Positions 54,391 to 64,000 of a DNA stretch of 64,000 bases are shown here, one piece after another. The DNA comes from Octopus vulgaris. Its lineage: Eukaryota. The DNA lies in contig OX597815.1 of assembly GCA_951406725.2 (NCBI GenBank), positions 44,578,001-44,642,000 of the forward strand, written 5' to 3'. Position 1 is the stretch's first letter; each line of letters begins with the position of its first letter. The notes beneath the pieces are model-generated. The model had not been told where the DNA came from, made no database searches, and was given only the letters and a program-made list of their open reading frames with translations. The position numbers were made by a program, and so were the translations under genes.

Positions 54391-55164
54391 TTTTAGCAAT
54401 ATAGGTGACTAGTCAGACCCGCTGGCCTCTTGCCATGACCAGCGGGTGAGATGAGAAACATATTGTTGAGAGCAATAATAAACACAAAACCACATTGGTT
54501 AATTTCGAAGTGGCCATAACCTGCGCCTGAATGTAATATTACTCCTCTATATATACAACACATACTCCGAATATCATCAAAATTCATATTAAAAGCAAAA
54601 ACAAAAACAAAAAAAAAGAACGTAATCTCACTGCTGTCACCAGTTTGAACAACAATACGAGAAAAAACGTATATTAAGTGAAAAAAAAAACAGCGAAATA
54701 ATTTAAATAAAAGATTTTTAAAAAACATAGAGTTTAGAGGTAGGGTGGGACCACAAAACAACAGCAATAACAACAACAGCAACCTGACAGACATAAAGCG
54801 TAAGGGAATCAGCCGACGTTTCTAAAAACTTGACGCAAAATTTTCGCTGCTATTTTAGCTTTTCTCGACTTCAACTTTGACAAACTTTAGATACCCCGCC
54901 GCATACACTCCGTCCCTACTCCGACAATCCGACAATACTCACTCATCGTTACACCAAGACCTTTCCACCCGCCTTCTGCCCTCCTCTCTCTTGCTGGTTT
55001 TTCTTCTATTTCATCATATTATTTATCAAAAAGTAAAGAAAAGAAAAAAAACTTAGAGGGGTATCAAGAAATAAAAAAAAAATTAACGAACAAACTATCA
55101 GGGACGAATAAGTTGGAAGGAGAGAAGGTAGGTGTGGGGTGGGGTAGAGTACATGTGTGTGTAT

Positions 55165-55201
<37 letters not shown>

Positions 55202-55529
55202 GAAATGTATGTAGGGTGGTAAAAAATGAAAAGCGCGCGAAACTCAGTGTCATGACTTGAGTAGCGGTGCGACAGGAATTTGGGTCATACAACACGAGAA
55301 AAACAAATGACGTCAGACCTATTTTATGAACACAGACACACACACACACACACATATAGATATATATAGACATATATGTATATACATGCACACACACACA
55401 CGCATATATATATATGGGTGTGATTTTAGAGGGAGTGGCTGTATGTGTCAATGTATGAGGGTGTGCATGTATATGTAAGTATATAAATATATACATGCAT
55501 ACACACACACACACACACATAGATAGATA

Positions 55530-55560
<31 letters not shown>

Positions 55561-55792
55561 GCACACACACATACATCTAAAAGAAAGAGAAAGGCATATA
55601 TGCATTTGAAGCATAGAGATACATACATGCATACATACATACATACATACATACATACATACATGTATACATACATATATGTATGTATATATATTTATAT
55701 ATATGCATGTATGAGTGTCTAAGTATATGGGTATATATAAGTGCAGCTCACATACAAGTACAGCGATATATTATGTACGTATTTATGTGTGT

Positions 55793-55829
<37 letters not shown>

Positions 55830-55867
55830 CGTGTGTGTGTTTGTGTACATGCATATATAAATTTTCT

Positions 55868-55904
<37 letters not shown>

Positions 55905-55925
55905 AAACAGCAGCAGAGGCTGTAT

Positions 55926-55958
<33 letters not shown>

Positions 55959-56215
55959 CAGCAGCAGCAGGACAATGAAAGAAAGGCTGTTAGAAAAGTG
56001 TCTTAGGTAATGTGGTTGGCTGGTTGGCTGGTTCGCTGGCTGGTCTGCTAACTTGTTGGTTGGGTGGTTGGCTCACTGGCTGGCAGTTTTGACGGTGGGG
56101 TTATCACGGTGGTGGTGAGTGATATCAGAGTATATACGGTATATATAGTTGATGTTTGTGATAGTAAGTAATAACAGTAATAAGCAGTGGTGTCAATAAC
56201 CTTCTTTTCTCGTAG

Positions 56216-56320
56216 ATTTTTAAAGCGGAGCTATTTATGACAGAGTGCTTGGGCTACAAGTACAAGGAAATGGAAGCAGTGTTCCTGCTGGTGGATGAGA
56301 AAGAACTCTATACTTTCTAG
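56216..56320 (+). other. Candidate terminal coding exon of an unknown host gene
   Basis: aataac-cttcttttctcgtAG acceptor-like site followed by open frame IFKAELFMTECLGYKYKEMEAVFLLVDEKELYTF*; no homology recognised. Confidence 0.2.
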
Positions 56321-56436
56321 GGTAGTCTGTCCTGTTCTGTCGTCTGTGCCTGCTTGCATCTATAACTGCTATGTGGCAGTAAATAATTATGCATATATAC
56401 TCACACACACACAAGTACACAAGCACACAAACACAA

Positions 56437-56487
<51 letters not shown>

Positions 56488-56563
56488 TGTGTGTGTGTGA
56501 GATTGTGTGTGAGGGATGTGCGTGTGTGTGAGAGGGATGTGCGCGTGTGTATATGAGAGGCAC

Positions 56564-56623
<60 letters not shown>

Positions 56624-56819
56624 CACGGATTTTTGTCAGTGAACAGGTCGCGGATTTTAGCGACGAAAATATTTTGACAAATTAAACTTAAATGTTGAAG
56701 TGAATCGAACGGCTTTTGTGTGTTTCTTAAATGGCTTATAAACACTTTCCACGCTGCAATTGTTTTCGTTTCAGCACACGATCTCAGATCAAATTACTTG
56801 CTATGCGAGTACATCTCCG

Positions 56820-56882
<63 letters not shown>

Positions 56883-57024
56883 CATACAAAGATAGATACA
56901 TACATACATACATACATACATACATACATACATACATACATGCATGCATGCATACATACATGCATACATACATACATGCATGCATGCATGCATACATACA
57001 TGCATGCATGCATGCATGCATACA

Positions 57025-57057
<33 letters not shown>

Positions 57058-57059
<2 letters not shown>

Positions 57060-57402
57060 GGGTCATCCCGTAAATAATGCGGCCTTTTAATACTTCTTTT
57101 AATTTTTCAAAATTAAGATAAACAAAATTCTTTTCTACTCTAAAATATATTCTCTTTCATTTTCTACAATACTCTTCCATCTATCTGGTAGACTTGCAAA
57201 GCCCCTCTTCAAAATTCATTTGCCCGTGATGAAAAATACTCCCCCAATACTATTCTGACCTAGTCTACAGAATTCATATTCTTTCCATCCAAATTATTTT
57301 GAAGACTGCGGAATAAATGATAATCAGATGGGACAATGTCCGGCAAATATGGTGGGTGGGGCATCGTTTCCCATTCAAACTGCTCCAGCCTTTGGAATGT
57401 CA
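57058..57402 (-). mobile_element. mariner transposon 3' end
   Basis: [30 protein letters not shown]; probable TIR at 57058-57085. Confidence 0.85.
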
Positions 57403-57430
57403 TATATATATATATATACATGAGTATGTA

Positions 57431-57570
57431 CTTTCTGAAGAAGCGCTTTGTTCGAAACGTAAAGCACATTATATTTCCTCTCCTGAGCGTCTTATTCATA
57501 CTTTGCATGTACCACGTCCTCACGTTATTGTTTTTTCCTTGTCGTTTTTGTCCGTTTTTTTTATTAACTA
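57431..57570 (+). mobile_element. Short hammerhead-bearing element (family H)
   Basis: cttt-CTGAAGA-a-gcgc-ttt-gttc-GAAAC-GTA-aag at 57431-57464; tail similar to 43336-43440. Confidence 0.6.
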
Positions 57571-57894
57571 TTTATGTACATACACACACATATATATGTA
57601 TGTACGTATGTATGTGTTTATATGTATATGTATATATGAATATATATATATATATATGTATATATGTATATGCATATATATATATGTGTATATACATGTA
57701 TATACATATATATGTATATATATGAATACACATATATATATAGACACATGTATATATGTATATATATATATATATATATATGTATATGTGTATATATGCG
57801 TATATATATATATATATATATATCAATATACATATATATTTGTGTGTGTGTGTGCGTGTGTGTGTGTATTTATATATGTATACACACATATATC

Positions 57895-57927
<33 letters not shown>

Positions 57928-57932
57928 ATATA

Positions 57933-58125
57933 GACCGGAGTAAACACATAAATGTGAAACAAGGTGGAAAAAAGAGTACTCAAATACCAGTGGTAGAGTA
58001 ATATGATTTATTTTAAGCAGCAGAAAATTCAACAAAGGTGCCATTCTAGCAAAAACTGTCTGATGAACGGCAACGAGAAACTTAGAGTAACAGATTTTGT
58101 TGAATTTTCTGCTGCTTAAAATAAA

Positions 58126-58127
<2 letters not shown>
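57933..58127. mobile_element. Penelope-pLTR-like inverted element in (TA)n
   Basis: 30-bp perfect inverted repeat 58007-58036 / 58096-58125 enclosing a hammerhead motif. Confidence 0.7.
58056..58093 (+). ncRNA. Minimal type-I hammerhead ribozyme motif
   Basis: ctgt-CTGATGA-acg-gcaa-cga-GAAA-ct-tag-ag-TA-acag: canonical core, helix I ctgt/acag, GCAA tetraloop, GUA triplet (cleavage after 58089). Confidence 0.7.
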
Positions 58128-58179
<52 letters not shown>

Positions 58180-58859
58180 GCATGTTTAGGTGCATGCTGC
58201 TATATGTATGTATCTATGCTTATATATATTGTTTAAGTATGTTTATGTGTATGTATGTATGTATATATATATGTGTATGTGTGTGTACATATATATGCAC
58301 ACACACATATATACACGAGGGAATAAACAAATATATGTATGCACACATATGTACATACACATTCTTTCCTTTTCTCTCTCTCTCAAGACACACGTACACA
58401 TACACACACAAACGCACATTATTTGTTTATTCACGTGTGTACATATGTCGTTTTGTAAATGTGGGCGTGTATATTGCGAGGAAGAGTCTGCACCAGTGTG
58501 TCTCCTAAGGCCTATAGATCATTAGGCTCGTTGAATCGTCAGCGATGCCGCCACTGTCATCATTACCTTCAGCAACACCACCACCACCACCAGCATCAGC
58601 ATTGTCGTCATCCTCATCGTCGTCTTCGAGTTCGTCGTCATTGTCGTAGTTGTAGTTCTTGTCTTCGTCTTCTCCATCATTACTGTCTACATCATACATG
58701 GAGTAAATATGCATTGAATAAACCAGTCACATGCCAGCTCCTGTTGATTTTGTTATTTACGGAAGAGTTGGAATAAAGTAGAGAAAACTATCAAAACAAT
58801 TGTCAATGACTTGTAGAGTTTCTCTTATAATTCTTCCAACTATTGGCAGTTCCTTGATT

Positions 58860-59017
58860 TCTTCGACCCAAGTGCTCAACTGGTACTTATTTTATCGTTC
58901 TCCGAAAGGATAAAAGGTAAAGTCGACTTCGACAGAATTTGAACTCAGAGCGTAAAGACGCAAGAAATGCCACTAAGCATTTTTCACAGGCGTGCTAACG
59001 ATTCTGCTAATTCGCCA
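58860..59017 (-). mobile_element. SINE family A diverged copy
   Basis: Core aaagtcgacttcgacagaatttgaactcag and head. Confidence 0.7.
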
Positions 59018-59907
59018 ACTATGGGGATTTTCGATTGGATCGCTGCTCAGTTAATTTTCAGACTATGCACAGAGTACTCATGTATTACATAGTGAGTTGG
59101 AAAATTTCGATTTATTGAAATGATTCATACAATTGATTGTCAAAATAAATCTCTCTTCCGTAGTGTGTAAAATCTAAAATTTGAAAAAAAAATGTGCAAG
59201 GGAGATAACTCGAAGACGATCAGTTAATTGAAATCTGTAGTCAATATAAGCAATGCAGATTGGTAAAAGCGACATTGTCCGAACTCTGTGAAGTATATCG
59301 TAGTCAGTTGCTTACGCAGAGTAAATAATATACCGTGGGGTTCTGATATTTGAGCGGTTCTTTAAACGAACAGATTGAATAACAAGTGGTTTCTCTGAAA
59401 AAAATTAAACTCACAAAACAAGCTGAAATTCGATCAACAAAGCGGGAGCTGACTACGCACGCAAGTAACTGGGGGCCCATTCGTGGAAAGATTTCAAATT
59501 TAACCACAAACCACAAGTAGAATACCAAGTTTAAGTCAGATCATCGAGTTTTTTTCCCTTTTTAAACTTTGCTTTTGTTTTGTTTTGTTTTTTGTGCCTT
59601 TTTTACAGGAGCACTATATCGTTAAATAGCTTATTCCATATGGCAGCTAAATGATAGAACCATAATGCCGAACAAAATGCTTGGTGGTTTTTGATTATGT
59701 CTTTTTGGTTTTTGAGCTCAAATACTGCTCAGGTTCAAATTGCCTTTCATTATTCCGAGGTAAACAAAATAAGTATCATTCGGTAAAATAAACCCAGTGT
59801 TAGTAATTAATGTTACCTAGCAGTGATGGCGAAATTTTGACATACAAGGCAGATGTGATTTGTGACGGATTTGTTTTTAAAAATGACATCTTTCTGCAAT
59901 ATTTATA

Positions 59908-60307
59908 TCTTCTTTTATTTGCGTCAATCATTTGACTGCTTCTATGCTGGAGCACTGCATTGGAGGGTTTAGTTGAACACATCTACCCCAGTACTCTTCT
60001 CTTTTTTAAAAGCTTGGTACTTATTCAATCGACCTCTCTGGTTGAACCGGTAAGAACGTGGACGTAAACAAAACAGCACGGGTTGTCAAGCGGTAATGGG
60101 GGAGAAACACAGATACAAAGACACACATACACACGCATACATATGTGTATATATATATATATATGACAGGTTTCTTTCAGTTTCCTCCTATCAAATCTAC
60201 TCAGAAGGCTTTAATCGGCCCGAGGCTATTGTAGAAGATACTTGCCCAAGATTCTGGGTTGTGGGACTGAATCAGAAACCATGAAGTTGAGAAGCACATT
60301 CGCCTAT
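59908..60307 (-). mobile_element. SINE family B diverged copy
   Basis: Tail, internal microsatellite and head recognisable. Confidence 0.7.
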
Positions 60308-61659
60308 AAAAAAGTTCCTCAATAACCATTTAACTAGAACTAAAATACATGTACACATGTAACTGATATTCCAAAAATAAGATTATTTTTATTTAAAACG
60401 TTGAAGTTTGGAATTGAAGGATAAACAAAAGAAGAAAAAAAACAGTTCGCATCACTAGATTATAGTCTACAAGTAGTAACCTATTCTACCTTACATATCA
60501 GCCAATTTCGTACCGCCATAATACTAGAAACCAGTGTCCAATATATCAACCTTTCTCGCTGACGAAGTTACATACACTACCATCAGAAATTAATTAGCAC
60601 CCTTGATTTGCTCTTCACTCAAGGTATGTGCTGTCACCTAGTGGCCATATCTCGAACTATTGCTTTGTTGCGAGTTCACTGTTGCGCAGAACGATGACGT
60701 AACTTTGTTTGCAGAGCAGTTTGAGAGTCTACAGCCTTATGATGTTGACATAGCAGTGCAACAAATTGGAGTGCGGATGCAGACAAATCTTCCTTTGTTT
60801 AATAGATATAGGTAGCGCCTCGCAAGGACCGAAATCACACCATACTAAGTTTTCTCATCGCGTAAGACGTTTTGAACAGCTCATAGGTTAATTGATTTAA
60901 CCTATTTAATGTAGAAATTTGAGAAGTGCTAATTAATTTCTGACGCAAGTGTAAGTGATCGATATTTTCTTGATTGCTCCACACACACACGAACACACAC
61001 ACACACACACACACACATACACACACACGCGCGCATTCACTCATAAAAACACATGCACAAGCACATAACACGCAGAAACACAAACAATATACACACGTAC
61101 CCAACACGCAAAAACTCATAGAACTTTCGCACATAAATATACACAATACACACGCACACTACATACACAATACACACACACACACATTTTATGCATTAAT
61201 AAACACGAACACATGCGCGCACCCTACTCGATCACGCACACATAAACTGCTACACACAAGCATTTGCACACACATGTACGCACGCGCGCGCGTACTGTAC
61301 ATAGCCTTACACAGATATACACACGTCCATGCACACATACATAAAAACACAGAACACGTATCACTCCACACAACGCACGCACTGGTTTACTTATACACAG
61401 TCTCACATACATAAATACACGGAGCAGATATCACTCTACACAACGCGCACACTGGCCTGCTAATACACATACACTTCAATACTCACAGCCTCACATAATG
61501 TTAAGCTTGCCGAAACATACATTCACACGCACACTATTCGTATTTACACACATGCACTCGCTTATCCTAGTTCAGCTGGCTTAACGTTATTATCTCCCCT
61601 TCACTCAGCCTCTTTCTTCCGGTCTTTTCATCATGTTAAACCGTTAATCCCTAAATATT

Positions 61660-61820
61660 CTTTTTTTCCATTTTTTTCCTCTCTTCCCTTTCTGTCGAAG
61701 AACGTCGGCTCGAAACCTCAAAGACTTTTCCATTCTTCCCGAGCGTCAAACTAACACCCTTGCATATTGTTCCCGCACCTGCCTCCCTCTTTTGTTTTCT
61801 GTCAATTTGAACTACATATA
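61660..61820 (+). mobile_element. Family H-like element, degenerate hammerhead
   Basis: ttt-CTGTCGA-agaacgtcggctc-GAAAC-ctc-aaag, then cccgagcgtcaaactaa. Confidence 0.5.
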
Positions 61821-61950
61821 GGATGCAGCAAAATGATCTGACATATTTGTATGTTTAATAAAAACGAAAAGTGTACTTTTATTTTCGAAATGTACATATA
61901 ATGCCATTTTGTTTCATTTGCTTTTAAAAATTTAATCAGTCAAGTGGGTG

Positions 61951-62004
<54 letters not shown>

Positions 62005-62009
<5 letters not shown>

Positions 62010-62199
62010 TTGAACTTTACAAAAAAACAAAAACAAAAGACGAAGACTGGTGTATAAACAACAAACAGGTGTATTAGTTTGACGCTCGGGAAAGTGAGAA
62101 AATCTTTTACGTTTCGAGCCTTACACTCTTCAAAAGAGAGGAACACGAAGAAATAAACAGAGAGAGAATAAATAACTTGTGGATTTACCGATCAATCAT

Positions 62200-62200
<1 letters not shown>
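62005..62200 (-). mobile_element. Family H-like element, inverted relative to 61660-61820
   Basis: Minus strand ttttga-agagtgtaaggctc-GAAAC-GTA-aaag...cccgagcgtcaaactaa. Confidence 0.55.
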
Positions 62201-62226
<26 letters not shown>

Positions 62227-62230
<4 letters not shown>

Positions 62231-62723
62231 CCCCCTTCGGTCACGACACAGACCATGGGATTGCACCTAGAAAGTTACCCTCCCAGGCAGAAGTCCGGAC
62301 AAGGTTGTTAATGGAAGACCAGCAGTCGCTCATGCATACCGGCCTCGCCTCTCCACGCCACCAGTGTTATCCAAGGGAAAGGCAACGGCAGATACAGCTT
62401 GGCACCTGTGACGTAGCAAATCATTTGTACAGCTGAGTGAACTGGAGCAACGTGAAATAAAGTGTCTTGCTCAAGAACACAACACGCAACCCGGTCTGGG
62501 ATTCGAGTTCACAACTTCATGATCGTAAGCTCGACGCTCTAACCACTGAGCCATGCGCCCAGACAAGTCCGAGGAAGGTAGTTTTATGAAAGACCAGCAA
62601 TTGCTCATGCATACCAGCCTCCCCTCTCCGCTCTACCGATGTTACTCAAGGGAAAGGCAAGACGTCGCAACTTATTTCTACAGCCGAGTGAACTGGAGCA
62701 ACGTAAAATAAAGTGTCTTGCCC
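62227..62723 (-). mobile_element. SINE family C full copy (62227-62560) plus partial tandem unit
   Basis: Minus strand ggcgcatggctcagtggttagagcgtcg head with tcgaatccc B-box-like; body repeated at 62561-62723. Confidence 0.8.
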
Positions 62724-62817
62724 AATATGTATGTATCCATGTAGGTATATATGAATGTATGTATGCATGTGTGTGTGTATGAATGTACGTATGTATATAT
62801 GTATGTATATTAATTTA

Positions 62818-62880
<63 letters not shown>

Positions 62881-63027
62881 GATTTAAATCGTGTAGTAAG
62901 AAATTCAATAGCAAGGCTCGAGATACATTAAAAAAATGGCTTCAGTATTCGTTTATCACCGTATTTGTACTCTGTGCATATGGTTTTTACATGTTGTCGG
63001 GAGCTTTTACATGCTAGTAATAACACC

Positions 63028-63061
<34 letters not shown>

Positions 63062-63178
63062 GCACGCACTCTTTTCGTTGCCTGAACTGTTTTATGTGTA
63101 TTGAAATTTATTTTGATTTGAGTCTTAAGGCTTATACTTTTCATTTAATATACACACACATATACATGTTTTATCATA

Positions 63179-63246
<68 letters not shown>

Positions 63247-64000
63247 TGTGTATAACTGGAGAAAAGTATTAAACGGGTGTATGTATAGGAAGTATGTAAA
63301 TAGTATTGTCTTATAAGGTCATCTCGCTTATGTGTCACGCTTATCTCTGTGTCTTTCTCTCTTCCTCACCCTCTCTCTCTCTTTCTTTCACTCACACACA
63401 TACACTCACTCATACACAGACTACCCACACTTCACCACGCTCATTCTATCAACACATCTCCTCCTTCGTTTCTCAGCTTCTTTCTCTTTATCGCTTTCTA
63501 CTTAATTCTTGTTTTCTATTTGCTTATTATTTTAACTCTATTTTTAACCCTATTTATTTTAACTCCCTTTCAAACGTACACACATACGTATTCTTGCACA
63601 CACATACACACACACCCACACATGCACATACACACGCGCACACACACGTACACACAGTCACGCACGCGCACATACACACATACACATATATACATACACA
63701 TACAATTACATACACATCCAATGAAAAGTGCAGCGGAAACTTAGAGTGCAAAAGAAACACGAAGTCATTACACTTTTCTTCTGCTCCTGTTTGCAAAGTG
63801 TGTTGCTTCTACTGTTTGTAGATTAAACAAATGGGTCTCCAACGGTTACAACGATGATTAATCCAGCTGTTGAATAAACTGAACTATTTACACACTGAAT
63901 TAAAATCTAAGTGGCTGAATACTCCACAGACAATTTTTCTCTTAACAAACCTCAACCAGTATTAACCTGACAAAGCGAGGAAATAGGTTAGACCTTTGAA

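Noticed and set aside
54414-54445. Hairpin acccgctgg/ccagcgggt containing gccATG and a donor-like GTGAGA
   Set aside because: A single 9-bp stem and short motifs are insufficient to call an exon or ncRNA.
55868-55970. (GTA)n(GCA)n suggesting a polyQ/polyA exon
   Set aside because: Embedded in microsatellite-rich sequence with no splice or homology support.

Overview
AT-rich eukaryotic, repeat-saturated window with no confidently recognisable host gene. The SINE families, (TA)n/(CA)n/(TAA)n density and LINE content suggest an octopus genome (inference, not verified). Nearly all ORF-track entries are microsatellite artefacts. The real coding traces are decayed retroelements (CR1/L2-like endonuclease, three R4/Dong 3' fragments in (TAA)n, two L1/Tx1, four RTE, a Penelope-like RT and GIY-YIG) and DNA transposons (Tc1/mariner, Helitron, Helentron-like, piggyBac and pogo MITEs), among at least five tRNA-derived SINE families. 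The most notable layer is non-coding. It comprises about eight minimal type-I hammerhead-like motifs in short microsatellite-embedded elements, including a 356-bp-period retrozyme/Penelope-pLTR-like element with a compensatory U3:A8 core, and a tRNA-headed SINE carrying a hammerhead motif that was later split by a TAA-specific R4/Dong insertion. A non-coding ~560-bp TAA-targeting element co-clusters with the Dong copies. Coordinates were read by eye and may be off by a few bases; family names are pattern-based, not database hits.
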